In this document: positions 45,590 through 55,227 of the stretch, in pieces
Layout of the letters: each line of letters opens with the position of its first letter
Position numbering within the stretch: position 1 is the stretch's first letter
DNA from: an uncultured Acidobacteriota bacterium
Lineage (GTDB): Bacteria; Acidobacteriota; Vicinamibacteria; Vicinamibacterales; Fen-181
Reading direction: 5' to 3'
Length of the DNA: 64,000 nucleotides
Assembly: GCA_963741715.1 (NCBI GenBank)
Contig: CAVUJA010000002.1
Location: 369,764 to 433,763 of the forward strand
Program-made: the position numbers and the translations under genes
Notes under the pieces: model-generated
Seen by the model: the letters and a program-made list of their open reading frames with translations, nothing else
What the model was told of the DNA's origin: nothing
The model's database searches: none

Positions 45590-46051
45590 ATGCACGACTT
45601 CCATCGCATCCTGCTCTCGTCCGAGGTGCGCGACCTGACGGACGAGGTCGGCCGCTTGTTCGACGAACTCGACCGCGTGGCAGGCGGGCCCCGGCGGATG
45701 CCCGCCGGCCACTGCACGCCCGCACTCGACGTCCAGGAGACCACCGACGCCCTCGAAGTGGTGGTGGACCTGCCGGGCGTGTCGGCCGACCGCGTACGCG
45801 TCATGCTCAAGAACGGCGTGCTGGTGGTGGCGGGCGAGAAGACGTCGCCCTACCCGGGCGGCCGCGGCGACGCCACCTTCCACCTGGTCGAACGCGGCTT
45901 CGGCCGCTTCGCCCGCGCGGTGCGGCTGACGGGCGCCTTCGACGGCGGCCGGGCCCGCGCCGTCCTCCAGGGCGGCGAACTTCGCGTGGTCGTGCCGAAG
46001 ATCGAGGAGCGGCGCGGCCAGGAGATCCTGGTCCCCATCGCCACCGCATGA
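45590..46051 (+). CDS. Hsp20/alpha-crystallin family small heat-shock protein
   Basis: The sequence PALDVQETTDALEVVVDLPGVSADRVRVMLKNGVLVVAGEK...GELRVVVPK is an alpha-crystallin domain. Confidence 0.9.
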   Translation: MHDFHRILLSSEVRDLTDEVGRLFDELDRVAGGPRRMPAGHCTPALDVQETTDALEVVVDLPGVSADRVRVMLKNGVLVVAGEKTSPYPGGRGDATFHLVERGFGRFARAVRLTGAFDGGRARAVLQGGELRVVVPKIEERRGQEILVPIATA

Positions 46052-46866
46052 ACATCCTCTTCATCGGCGACATCTTCGGCCGGCCGGGCCGGGACATGGT
46101 CCGCCGCGGCATGCGTCCCCTCGTCCGGCGCTACGCCATCGACTTCGTCGTCGCCAACGTCGAGAACGCGGCGGGCGGCTTCGGAATCACGCGGGAGATT
46201 GGCGACGGCCTCGCGGCGGACGGCATCGACGTGATGACGTCGGGCAACCACGTCTGGGACAAGAAGGAGGCGCTCGACTACGTGGCCGCGGAACCGCGCC
46301 TGCTCCGCCCGGCGAACTACCCGGCCGGCGCGCCGGGCCGCGGCTCGGTCCTGGCGCGCACCGACGACGGCCGCGGCGTCGGCGTGATCAACGTGATGGG
46401 CCGCGTGTTCATGAACCCGCTCGACGACCCGTTCAGCGCGGTGCTCCGCGAGATTGACGCCCTGGCGGGCCGCACGCGGGTCATCCTCGTGGACTTCCAC
46501 GCGGAAGCGACGTCCGAGAAGATCGCGATGGGGTGGCATCTCGACGGCCGCGTGACCGCGGTCATCGGCACCCACACGCACGTGCAGACGGCCGACGAGC
46601 GCGTGCTGCCCAAGGGCACCGCCTACATCACCGATGCCGGCATGACCGGCCCCCACGATTCGATCATCGGCACCGAGTGCGGACCGGCGCTCGCCCGCTT
46701 CCTCACGGGCATGCCGTCGCGCTTCGAGCCTGCCACGGGCAACCCCCGCCTGCGCGGCGTCGTCGTCGAGGCCGACGAGGCGACCGGCAAGGCGACCGCG
46801 ATCGCGAGGCTCGACTGCACTCCCGCGGACCTGGAGCGGATGGACGCCGAATCGACGCTAGAATAG
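46048..46866 (+). CDS. ymdB: YmdB-like metallophosphoesterase (2',3'-cyclic-nucleotide phosphodiesterase family)
   Basis: The start forms an ATGA overlap with hsp20. Motifs present are MNILFIGDIFGRPGR, ANVENAAGGFGIT, DFHAEATSEK and GTHTHVQTAD. Confidence 0.9.
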   Translation: MNILFIGDIFGRPGRDMVRRGMRPLVRRYAIDFVVANVENAAGGFGITREIGDGLAADGIDVMTSGNHVWDKKEALDYVAAEPRLLRPANYPAGAPGRGSVLARTDDGRGVGVINVMGRVFMNPLDDPFSAVLREIDALAGRTRVILVDFHAEATSEKIAMGWHLDGRVTAVIGTHTHVQTADERVLPKGTAYITDAGMTGPHDSIIGTECGPALARFLTGMPSRFEPATGNPRLRGVVVEADEATGKATAIARLDCTPADLERMDAESTLE

Positions 46867-46880
46867 TCGTCGCGTCCACC

Positions 46881-48308
46881 ATGAAGGACCTCTTCGACCT
46901 GCCCTTCGAAGCGCCGCAGCCGGATCGCGAGCCGGACCGCGAACCCGAGCGCCGGCCGGACCCGTCGCCGGCCGGACCGCCGCGCCGCGTCTGGACCGTC
47001 ACCGGCCTGACCGCCGCCATCCGCGACCTGCTCGAGACGCGCTTCGCGGAAGTGTGGGTCGAAGGGGAACTCTCCAACTGCCGCCCGTGGAACACCGGCC
47101 ACCTCTACTTCACGGTCAAGGACGCCGGGGCGCAGATCAAGGCGGTGATGTGGCGCTCGGCCATGCGAACCTTGCGCTTCAAGCCCGAAGACGGCCTGCA
47201 CGTCATCGCCCGCGGCCGGGTGAGCGTGTACGACCCGAAGGGCGAGTACCAGCTGGTGTGCGAGCACATGGAACCGCAGGGGGCCGGCGCCCTCCAGCTG
47301 GCCTTCGAACAATTGAAGAAACGGCTGGCGGGCGAAGGACTGTTCGACGCCGCGCGCAAGCGTCCCCTGCCGGCGCTGCCCCGCAAGATCGGCATCGTCA
47401 CCTCGCTGGACGGCGCCGCGATCCGGGACATCATCACGGTCATCTCGCGCCGCCACCCGAACGTGCACCTGGTGATCCGTCCCGCGCGGGTGCAGGGCGA
47501 GGGCGCGGCGGGCGAGGTGGCACGGGCGCTCGGGGCCGTCACGAAGGTGACCGGGGTCGACGTCGTGATCGTCGGGCGCGGCGGCGGGTCGATCGAGGAC
47601 CTGTGGGCGTTCAACGAGGAGACGGTGGCGCGGGCGATCGCGCGCTCGCCGGTGCCCGTCATCTCCGCCGTCGGGCACGAGACCGACTTCACCATCGCCG
47701 ACTTCGTGGCCGACCTGCGCGCACCGACCCCGTCGGCGGCCGCCGAGATGGTGGTCGCGGGCAAGGACGAGTTCTACGCGCGCATCGATCGGCTCTCTCG
47801 CCGCGCGGCCTCGGCGGTCGGACGCCGGCTCGAGAGGCTTCGCGCGCAGACGCACCGTCTGGCGGGCCGGCCGGGACTGGCGGGCTTCCCGGGACGCCTG
47901 GCCCTGCGCGGCCGCCATGTCGCCGAATTGAGCCACGGGATGGGACGGGCCGGCCGGGCCCTCGTGGCCCGGCGCCAGCGCCGGTATCACGACCTCCGGC
48001 TGACGCTCGAGACGTTCGACCTGCGGCGCCGCATCGGCGCCGTGCGCGCGCGGCTGGCCACGGCCGACGCGGCGCTGCGCGCGGCCGCCGTTCGCGCGCA
48101 CCATCGCGCGGACGGCCGCTTCCGCGGGCAGGCGGCGCGCCTCGAGAGCCTGAGCCCGCTCGGCGTGCTCGCGCGCGGCTACGCCGTCTGCTGGGACGCG
48201 GATCGCACGCGGATCGTCCGCGACGCGTCCACGGTCTCCGCGGGCGACGACGTGCGGGTCACGCTCCATCGCGGGGAGTTGGAGTGCCGGGTGAACGGGA
48301 CGAAGTAG
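46881..48308 (+). CDS. xseA: exodeoxyribonuclease VII large subunit
   Basis: Motifs present are VWVEGELSN, GHLYFTVKD, GRGGGSIEDLWAFNEE and GHETDFTIADFVAD. Confidence 0.93.
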   Translation: MKDLFDLPFEAPQPDREPDREPERRPDPSPAGPPRRVWTVTGLTAAIRDLLETRFAEVWVEGELSNCRPWNTGHLYFTVKDAGAQIKAVMWRSAMRTLRFKPEDGLHVIARGRVSVYDPKGEYQLVCEHMEPQGAGALQLAFEQLKKRLAGEGLFDAARKRPLPALPRKIGIVTSLDGAAIRDIITVISRRHPNVHLVIRPARVQGEGAAGEVARALGAVTKVTGVDVVIVGRGGGSIEDLWAFNEETVARAIARSPVPVISAVGHETDFTIADFVADLRAPTPSAAAEMVVAGKDEFYARIDRLSRRAASAVGRRLERLRAQTHRLAGRPGLAGFPGRLALRGRHVAELSHGMGRAGRALVARRQRRYHDLRLTLETFDLRRRIGAVRARLATADAALRAAAVRAHHRADGRFRGQAARLESLSPLGVLARGYAVCWDADRTRIVRDASTVSAGDDVRVTLHRGELECRVNGTK

Positions 48309-48377
48309 GCAGAGGAAAGAGGGCCTTCGGCCTGCTGCAGGCTGCCTGCCGACACGATCACGCAGTGAGCGTCAGCC

Positions 48378-48650
48378 ATGGACACCACCATCAAGGACTT
48401 CGAAGCCGCCATCGCCGAACTCGAGGACATCGTCAAGAAGCTGGAGGAGGGCGACCTCGCGCTCGAGACGTCGCTGGCGCTGTACGAGCGCGGCGTGCAG
48501 TTGTCGCGCTTCTGCCACGCCAGGCTCGAGGAAGCCGAGCGCCGGATCGAGGTGCTCGACGAGCGCGGCGAGTTGAAGCCGGCGCCGCCGTCGCTCTCCG
48601 CGATCCGCCCCGACGAGGACGCGCGCGGCGACCGGGAGAAACCCCGGTGA
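48378..48650 (+). CDS. xseB: exodeoxyribonuclease VII small subunit
   Basis: FEAAIAELEDIVKKLEEGDLALETSLALYERGVQL is the XseB signature. Confidence 0.9.
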   Translation: MDTTIKDFEAAIAELEDIVKKLEEGDLALETSLALYERGVQLSRFCHARLEEAERRIEVLDERGELKPAPPSLSAIRPDEDARGDREKPR

Positions 48651-49606
48651 CCGGGCTGTCCAACTACGTGCAGGAGGTCTGCGAGCGCGTCGATGGCGCA
48701 CTCGAGCGCTACCTGCCCGGACCGCCGGCGTGCCCGGCGCCCATCGGCGCGGCCATGCGCTACAGCCTGTTTGCCGGCGGGAAGCGCTTTCGCCCGGTCC
48801 TCGTGCTCGCCGCCGCCGACGCCCTGGCGTCCCACCCCGCGCTCCTGGAGGATCGCGGCCACGCGCTCGCGCGCGAAGAGGCCGCCGCCCTGGCGATGCC
48901 GGCAGCGTGCGCGATCGAGATGATCCACACCTACTCGCTGATCCACGACGACCTGCCCGCGATGGACGACGACACGCTGCGGCGGGGACGGCCGACGTCG
49001 CACGTGGTGTACGGCGAGGGGATGGCCATCCTCGCGGGCGACGGGCTGCTCACCGAGGCGTTTGCCCTGCTCGCCCGAGAGCCGGGGTCGGCGCCGCTCG
49101 AGCGCCGCCTGCGGACTCTCGGCGTAATCGCGACCGCCGCCGGCGCGGCGGGGATGGTTGGCGGACAGGCCATCGATCTCCGGGCGGCGGAAGCGGCCGA
49201 ACGCGACGGCCGCAATCCCGACTTCAGCCTCGACGCGCTTCGGGAGATGCACGCGATGAAGACCGGGGCGCTGATTCGCGCCTCCGCGGTCGCCGGCGCC
49301 ATCATGGCCGGCGGGAGCGAGCCGGCAATCGCGGCCATCTCGGACTACGCCGTCCGGCTCGGCCTCGCCTTCCAGATCGTGGACGACATGCTCGACGTCG
49401 AGGGCGCGACGGCGGATCTCGGGAAGACCGCCGGCAAGGATGCGGCGGCGGGAAAGCCCACCTACCCCGGGCTGCTCGGACTCGAGCGTTCGCGCGAGTT
49501 GGCCCGGCAGGCGTTCGACGGGGCGCTGGCCTCGCTGACAGGCGTCGGCATCGCCGAGGGGCGGCTGCACGAGATTGCGGCCTGGGTGGTGGAGCGGAAG
49601 AACTAG
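48647..49606 (+). CDS. ispA: (2E,6E)-farnesyl/geranylgeranyl diphosphate synthase
   Basis: The GTG at 48647 forms a GTGA overlap. The DDxxD motifs LIHDDLPAMDDD and FQIVDDMLD are present. Confidence 0.9.
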   Translation: MTGLSNYVQEVCERVDGALERYLPGPPACPAPIGAAMRYSLFAGGKRFRPVLVLAAADALASHPALLEDRGHALAREEAAALAMPAACAIEMIHTYSLIHDDLPAMDDDTLRRGRPTSHVVYGEGMAILAGDGLLTEAFALLAREPGSAPLERRLRTLGVIATAAGAAGMVGGQAIDLRAAEAAERDGRNPDFSLDALREMHAMKTGALIRASAVAGAIMAGGSEPAIAAISDYAVRLGLAFQIVDDMLDVEGATADLGKTAGKDAAAGKPTYPGLLGLERSRELARQAFDGALASLTGVGIAEGRLHEIAAWVVERKN

Positions 49607-49660
49607 CGAAGCTTCGCCCCAAACCGCCCAGACTCGCTTCGCTAGTCAACTGTGTTTCTG

Positions 49661-49681
49661 GACGACGCCTCCGGCGTCGTC
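49661..49681 (+). terminator. perfect 9-bp/3-nt-loop hairpin after ispA
   Basis: GACGACGCC tcc GGCGTCGTC. No clear U tract follows. Confidence 0.35.
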
Positions 49682-49717
49682 ATCGACATCTTCCAGGGTC
49701 GTGAGAGCCCCTGGAAG

Positions 49718-50476
49718 ATGTCTAGGCTCCGGATGAAGACACCGAAGACCCGCCTCGACGTCCTGCTGACCGAGCGCGGCCTTGCGCCGTCGCGCGAGCG
49801 GGCCCGGGCGATCATCCTGGCGGGGCAGGTCACGGTGGGCGGCGAGGTCGTGTCGAAAGCCGGGAGCGCGGTCGCGCCGGACGCGCGGGTGGAACTGCGG
49901 CAGCCGGACCATCCCTACGTCGGCCGCGGCGGCCTCAAGCTCGCTCACGGCCTCGACACGTTCGGCGTGGCGGTCGAGGGGCGCGAGGCGCTCGACATCG
50001 GCGCGTCCACGGGCGGCTTCACCGACGTGCTCCTCCGCCGCGGCGCGGTGCGCGTGGTGGCGCTCGACGTGGGACACGGACAGCTCGACTGGCGGCTCCG
50101 CAACGACCCGCGCGTGGTCGTGATCGAGGGCCGGAACGCGCGGCACCTGGCGCCGCACGACATTCCCGGCCTCGTGGACGTGGTCGTGATCGACGTGTCG
50201 TTCATCTCGCTCGCGCAGATCCTGCCCCGGGTGCCGGCGGTCCTCCGCCAGGGGGCGGACGTCATCGCCCTGGTGAAACCGCAGTTCGAGGCCGGGCGCC
50301 GGGAGGTCGGCAAGAAGGGGATCGTGCGCGACCCCGATGTGCACGAGCGCGTCATCGCGCGCGTGACGGAGGCGGCCGCGCGGGTCGGGCTGGCGAGGGT
50401 CGCGCTCACTCCTTCCCCCATCACCGGGGCCGAAGGGAACCAGGAGTTCCTGCTGCACCTCCGGGCGGCGACCTAA
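49718..50476 (+). CDS. tlyA: TlyA-family 16S/23S rRNA (cytidine-2'-O)-methyltransferase
   Basis: It has an S4-like N-terminus (RLDVLLTERGLAPSRERA), an SAM motif (LDIGASTGGFTD) and VKPQFE. The ATG at 49718 is used; 49733 is an alternative. Confidence 0.88.
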   Translation: MSRLRMKTPKTRLDVLLTERGLAPSRERARAIILAGQVTVGGEVVSKAGSAVAPDARVELRQPDHPYVGRGGLKLAHGLDTFGVAVEGREALDIGASTGGFTDVLLRRGAVRVVALDVGHGQLDWRLRNDPRVVVIEGRNARHLAPHDIPGLVDVVVIDVSFISLAQILPRVPAVLRQGADVIALVKPQFEAGRREVGKKGIVRDPDVHERVIARVTEAAARVGLARVALTPSPITGAEGNQEFLLHLRAAT

Positions 50477-50499
50477 CCCCCGGAGCGGACGAGGCGCAC

Positions 50500-51378
50500 A
50501 TGGTCGAACGCGTCGGAATCGTCGCAAAGACTCGGCTGGCATCGGCGGCGCCGCACCTCGTCGAGGTGGCCGGCTGGCTGGAGGCCCGCGGGGTCGAGCC
50601 GGTGCTGGAGACGGAGACCGCGCGTCTCGCGCCGTCGCTGGCGGGACGCCTCGTGGCGAGCCGGGAGGAACTGCCCGGCCTCGTCGACCTGCTGCTCGTG
50701 CTGGGCGGCGACGGCACGCTGCTGGCGATGGCGGACCGCGTGAGCCAGGCCGGCCGGGATCTGCCGATCCTCGGGGTGAACTTCGGCCACCTGGGCTTCC
50801 TGACGGAGATCAATTTCCCCGAGCTCTTTCCCCTGCTCGAGGCCGCCATCGACGGCACGGCCGCCATCGAGCGGCGGCTGATCCTGGGTGCCCGCGTCCA
50901 GCGGGGCGCGCGGTGCATCGCCGAGTACCGCGCGCTCAACGACGTCGTCGTCACGCGCGGCAGTCTTCCCCGGGTCATCGAGCTGTCGGTGACGGTCGAC
51001 GGCGCGTTCGTGGCCCGCTTCACCGGCGACGGGCTGATCGTGGCGAGCCCCACGGGGTCCACTGCCTACAACCTCTCGGCGGGCGGCCCCATCCTGCATC
51101 CGGCGGTCGACGCGCTGGTGCTGACGCCGATCGCGCCGCACACGTTGAGCAACAGGCCCGTGGTGGTGCCCGGGGCCTCGCTCGTCCAGGTGACCGCCGA
51201 CGCGCAGGATCCGGAGAAGGAAATCATCCTCACCCTGGATGGCCAGGTCGGCCTGGCGCTCGAGCCGGGCGACACGGTGGAAGCGTTCCGGCACGACCCG
51301 CCCGTGCGGCTCGTCAAGGCGCCGACGCACTCGTACTTCGACGTGCTCCGGCAGAAACTGAAGTGGGTCGAACGGTGA
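50500..51378 (+). CDS. nadK: NAD kinase
   Basis: Motifs present are GGDGTLL, GVNFGHLGFLTE and ASPTGSTAYNLSAGGPI. Confidence 0.93.
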   Translation: MVERVGIVAKTRLASAAPHLVEVAGWLEARGVEPVLETETARLAPSLAGRLVASREELPGLVDLLLVLGGDGTLLAMADRVSQAGRDLPILGVNFGHLGFLTEINFPELFPLLEAAIDGTAAIERRLILGARVQRGARCIAEYRALNDVVVTRGSLPRVIELSVTVDGAFVARFTGDGLIVASPTGSTAYNLSAGGPILHPAVDALVLTPIAPHTLSNRPVVVPGASLVQVTADAQDPEKEIILTLDGQVGLALEPGDTVEAFRHDPPVRLVKAPTHSYFDVLRQKLKWVER

Positions 51379-51489
51379 CACGGATGCGGTGCGGCCGGCG
51401 AGCGCGGTCGGTTCCGCGGGCCGGTCGTTGCGACGGGGCGCGCCTCGACGCGGGCACGCCGCGAGCGGGCGGGCATCGCCGTCCCCCGG

Positions 51490-52539
51490 TCAGTGGCGTG
51501 GTCCCTGCGGCCGCTTCTGCCGGAAGTACTCGACCTGGAACTTCCGGACGTTCTGATTGTGTTCGTCGAGCGTGCGCGCGAAGACGTGCGAGCCGTCGTT
51601 GCGGCTGACGAAGTAGAGGTAGTCCGCGGGCTCGGCGTTGGCCGCGGCTTCGAGCGAGGTCCGGCCGGGCGCGGCAATCGGCCCCGGCGGCAGGCCCGGG
51701 TAGCGATAGGTGTTGTAGCGCGAATCGACCAGCAGGCTCTCGTGCGTCAGGTTGCCGTGGTAGGCGTTGCGGAGTTCGAGCGCGTAGATGACGGTCGGAT
51801 CGCACTGCAGCGCCATCCCGAGCTGCAGGCGATGGAGGTAGACCCCGGCGATCATCGGCCGCTCCTCGGGACGCGCCGTCTCCTTCTCGACCAGGGACGC
51901 CAGCGTGACCGCCTCGCGCACCGACAGGCCGCGGGCGCGCGCCGCGTCCTCGAGCGCGGGCGTGAAGACCTGCTGGAAGCGGGCCACCATCATGCGGACC
52001 AGTTCGGTCGCGCCGGCGCGCCGCGAGAGCGAGTAGGTCTCCGGAAACAGATAGCCCTCCAGGTCGCGCGCCGCCGGGTCGACGTCGCTCACGATCGGCG
52101 CCTGGTCCCGGGCCGCGGCCAGGAAGGCCGCCGCCGAGCCCAGCCCTTTCGATTCGAAGATGCGCGCCATCTCGCGGATCGTCAGCCCCTCCGGGAACGT
52201 CACGGCCCGCAGGTAGACGTCGCCGCGCTCGATCTTCGACACGACGTCGAGGGCGTTCATCGGCCGGTCGAACCGGTACTCGCCCGCCTTGAGGCGTCGC
52301 GCCGCGCCGGTGCGCCACAGGGCCAGGCGGAACGTCCACCGGTCCCGCACGACGCCCGCCTCGACCAGCTTGCGCGAGATGACCGGCGTCCCGTCACCCG
52401 AGCGAAGCTCGACGAATTGTTCGTCGCCGGAATAGCCCTTGAAGGGCTGGGTCAGCCGCTGCACCGACACCGCGACGATCACCGCGGCCGCCACGGCAAC
52501 CAGGACGAAACCGATGAGGACGGGACGAAGGAGGCGCAT
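51490..52539 (-). CDS. mltG: endolytic murein transglycosylase (YceG family)
   Basis: Motifs present are FPEGLT, EGYLFPETY, ASLVEKE and the YNTYRYPGLPPGPI signature. Confidence 0.93.
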   Translation of the reverse strand: MRLLRPVLIGFVLVAVAAAVIVAVSVQRLTQPFKGYSGDEQFVELRSGDGTPVISRKLVEAGVVRDRWTFRLALWRTGAARRLKAGEYRFDRPMNALDVVSKIERGDVYLRAVTFPEGLTIREMARIFESKGLGSAAAFLAAARDQAPIVSDVDPAARDLEGYLFPETYSLSRRAGATELVRMMVARFQQVFTPALEDAARARGLSVREAVTLASLVEKETARPEERPMIAGVYLHRLQLGMALQCDPTVIYALELRNAYHGNLTHESLLVDSRYNTYRYPGLPPGPIAAPGRTSLEAAANAEPADYLYFVSRNDGSHVFARTLDEHNQNVRKFQVEYFRQKRPQGPRH

Positions 52540-52543
52540 CCGG

Positions 52544-52624
52544 AGTCAAGAGTCAAAAGTCAGAAGTCAAGAGTCAGAAGTCAAAGTCGAAAGTCGAAAG
52601 TCGAGAGTCGAGAGTCGAGAGTCC
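52544..52624. repeat. tandem heptanucleotide array, 12 AGTC cores (AGTCAAG/AGTCAGA/AGTCGAA/AGTCGAG), in the ruvX-mltG spacer
   Basis: Counted directly. Eleven units are 7 nt and one is 6 nt. The array ends 4 nt from the mltG ATG (52539). Confidence 0.9.
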
Positions 52625-52643
52625 GAAACTCGGAGGTTGACGG

Positions 52644-53072
52644 TCAGTCGCGGTGGCGCGCGTCCAGGTAGTCCTGCAGGATGACGGCCGCCGCGGCCGC
52701 GTCGAGTTTCTTCTTGCGGCTCCGCCAGTCGCGGTCGCGCCACGCGAGCCGGCTCTCGGCTTCCACGCTCGACAGGCGCTCGTCCTGCAGCGCGATGGGC
52801 AGGCCGATCCGCCCCTTCAGCGTCTCGACGAACGCCAGCGCCGCCGCCGTCTGGTCGTTGGGGCTCCCGTCCAACCGGCGGGGCAGGCCGACCACCACCC
52901 AGTCCAGCCCGTCGTCATCCGCAGCCAGGCGGGCGACGAACTCGGCCACGCGGTCCACCTGCGCGGGACCGGACTGCTCGATCACCGCGAGCGGCCGGGC
53001 GAGCGTCGCCGAGGCGTCGCTGATCGCGAGCCCGATGCGACGCACGCCGAGGTCGAGTGCCAGCACGCGCAC
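52644..53072 (-). CDS. ruvX: Holliday junction resolvase-like / pre-16S rRNA nuclease
   Basis: VRVLALDLGVRRIGLAISD... with GLP and DERLSS motifs. The GTG start at 53072 was chosen by family length (~142 aa). Confidence 0.85.
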   Translation of the reverse strand: MRVLALDLGVRRIGLAISDASATLARPLAVIEQSGPAQVDRVAEFVARLAADDDGLDWVVVGLPRRLDGSPNDQTAAALAFVETLKGRIGLPIALQDERLSSVEAESRLAWRDRDWRSRKKKLDAAAAAVILQDYLDARHRD

Positions 53073-53163
53073 GGTCGAATGGTACCCGGAGCGCGGTGGC
53101 GCCGGCAAGGGGCAACCTCTTCGCATGCTATACTTTTCGCACACTCCGGCAATCCGGGAACCC

Positions 53164-55227
53164 ATGCTGAAGAGAACGATCTTCGCGGCCGGCCTGCTGT
53201 CGGTTTCGCTACTCGCCATCGCCTGCGGCTCGAGCGCTCGCCCCGAAAAGGTCAAGCAGAAGATGGTCATCCTCGGGTTCGACGGGATGGACCCGCGCCT
53301 CGTCGAGAAGTGGATGAGCGAGGGCCAGCTGCCGAACTTCCGGAAACTCGCCGGGCAGGGCGGCTTCTATCGCCTTCAGACGTCGACGTCGCCCGAGTCG
53401 CCCACGTCCTGGGCGTCGTTCGCGACGGGCGGCAACGCCGGCAAGCACAATATCTTCGATTTCCTGGTCCGCGACGTGAAGACCTACGTGCCCGACCTCG
53501 GCATGGTCAGGCGCGAGATGCCCGGCTTCTTCCTGGACTACGTACCACTCGGCAGGCCGAAGGTCACGACGCTGAGGGGCGGCACGTCGTTCTGGGTGAC
53601 TGCGGGACAGGCCGGCGTGCGCTCGGCGATTCTCACCGTGCCGGTCACGTTCCCGCCGGAGGACGTGCCTTCCGGCGAGATGCTCTCGGGGCTTCCGCTG
53701 CCCGACATCCGCGGTACCGTGGGGACGTTCTACTACTTCGCCACCGACCTGAGACGCGACGAAGAAGGCAACACCGAGATGGGCGGCATCCTCGAGCGCC
53801 TCGCGTTCGACGGCGACGTCGCCCAGAGCGAGCTCACGGGGCCGCCCAACCCGATCGTCCAGGCGCAGATGGCGGAACTTCGCAAGAAGGGCGCGGCCCT
53901 GAACGAGGCCGACCAGGCGGCGATGGCCGCGCTCGAGGCGCGCCGCGACGTGCGAGTGCCGTTCTCCGTCCGGTGGAATCGACAATCGCGCAGCGCGACG
54001 ATCGACGTGCAGGGGACGACCGTCCGCCTGGACGAGGGCCAGTGGAGCAAGTGGGTCCCGCTCGAGTTCCGCGTCAACTTCCTCGTGCGGCTCGACGGCA
54101 TGGCGCAGTTCTTCCTGGTCCGCGCGAGCGGCGAGCTGCAGCTGTACATGTCGCCCGTCAACTGGCGCCCCGAGTCGCCGGTCGTGCCGATCTCGTCGCC
54201 CGCGAGCTTTTCGAAGAGCCTCTACGAGCGGCTCGGCACCTACCGCACGCTCGGCTGGGCGGAGGCGACGTGGCCGCTCAACGAGGAGCGGATCGACGAG
54301 AAGGCGTTCATGGACGACCTGTTCCGCGCCTTCGACGATCGCTCGCAGGTGATCCTGCACGAGATCGACTCGAAGAAGTTCGACCTGGTCGTCGGCGTCC
54401 TCGAATCGACCGACCGCGTCCAGCACATGTTCTGGCGCTTCATCGACCCGACGCACCCGATGTACGACGCCGCGGCCGCCGCGAAGTACGGCGACTCGAT
54501 CGAGCGCGTCTACGAGCGCTGCGACCAGCTGGTCGGCGAGGTGCTGCAGCGCATCGAGCCGGGCACGCTGGTGTTCGTCATCTCCGACCACGGCTTCCAC
54601 TCGTTCAAGTACGGCGTCAACCTGAACACCTGGCTCGTCGAACACGGCTTCATCGCGCGCCAGGGGAAGGCGCTCGGCGACAAGAACCTGAACGACATGT
54701 TCGGCGGCGGCGGCCAGTTCTGGGAAGGCGTCGACTGGTCCCGCACCCGCGCCTACTCGCTGGGCCTCGGCCAGATCTACTTCAACATCCGCGGCCGCGA
54801 AGGCCAGGGCATCGTCAACGAGGGCGAGGACTACCGCCGGCTCGCCGAGGAGCTGTCGGCCAAGCTGCTGACGATGACCGACCCGAACACGGGGCAGCGG
54901 ATCGTGCGGAGCGTCTACAAGCGCGACGACGTCTACTCGGGGCCGTACCTGGCCAACGCGCCCGACCTGCAGGTGGGCTTCGAGGACGGCTACCGCGTGT
55001 CGTGGCAGACGTCGCTCGGCGGGTCCCCTCCCGGCCTGCTCTACGCGAACATGAAGAAGTGGAGCGGCGACCACTGCTCCTTCGACTACGTGACGATCCC
55101 CGGCACGCTGATCTCCAACCGGAAGCTGAGCGGGGAGCGGGCTCGCATCATCGACATCGCGCCGACGGTGCTGAAGTACTTTGGCGTCGGCATCCCGAAG
55201 GAGATCGACGGGAAGCCGCTCTTCTGA
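53164..55227 (+). CDS. alkaline-phosphatase-superfamily lipoprotein (type I phosphodiesterase/nucleotide pyrophosphatase family)
   Basis: It has a lipobox (LLAIAC) and the motifs GFDGMDP, SPESPTSWASFATG, VISDHGF and GDH. Confidence 0.8.
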   Translation: MLKRTIFAAGLLSVSLLAIACGSSARPEKVKQKMVILGFDGMDPRLVEKWMSEGQLPNFRKLAGQGGFYRLQTSTSPESPTSWASFATGGNAGKHNIFDFLVRDVKTYVPDLGMVRREMPGFFLDYVPLGRPKVTTLRGGTSFWVTAGQAGVRSAILTVPVTFPPEDVPSGEMLSGLPLPDIRGTVGTFYYFATDLRRDEEGNTEMGGILERLAFDGDVAQSELTGPPNPIVQAQMAELRKKGAALNEADQAAMAALEARRDVRVPFSVRWNRQSRSATIDVQGTTVRLDEGQWSKWVPLEFRVNFLVRLDGMAQFFLVRASGELQLYMSPVNWRPESPVVPISSPASFSKSLYERLGTYRTLGWAEATWPLNEERIDEKAFMDDLFRAFDDRSQVILHEIDSKKFDLVVGVLESTDRVQHMFWRFIDPTHPMYDAAAAAKYGDSIERVYERCDQLVGEVLQRIEPGTLVFVISDHGFHSFKYGVNLNTWLVEHGFIARQGKALGDKNLNDMFGGGGQFWEGVDWSRTRAYSLGLGQIYFNIRGREGQGIVNEGEDYRRLAEELSAKLLTMTDPNTGQRIVRSVYKRDDVYSGPYLANAPDLQVGFEDGYRVSWQTSLGGSPPGLLYANMKKWSGDHCSFDYVTIPGTLISNRKLSGERARIIDIAPTVLKYFGVGIPKEIDGKPLF

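Noticed and set aside
52439-52684. 81-aa + strand ORF translating the heptamer array as SQESKVRSQESEVKVESRKSRVESRESE. I also considered whether the array could be a CRISPR.
   Set aside because: The low-complexity translation is produced by the 7-nt repeat inside an intergenic spacer, overlapping the mltG and ruvX ends. The 7-nt period with no spacers is incompatible with a CRISPR array.
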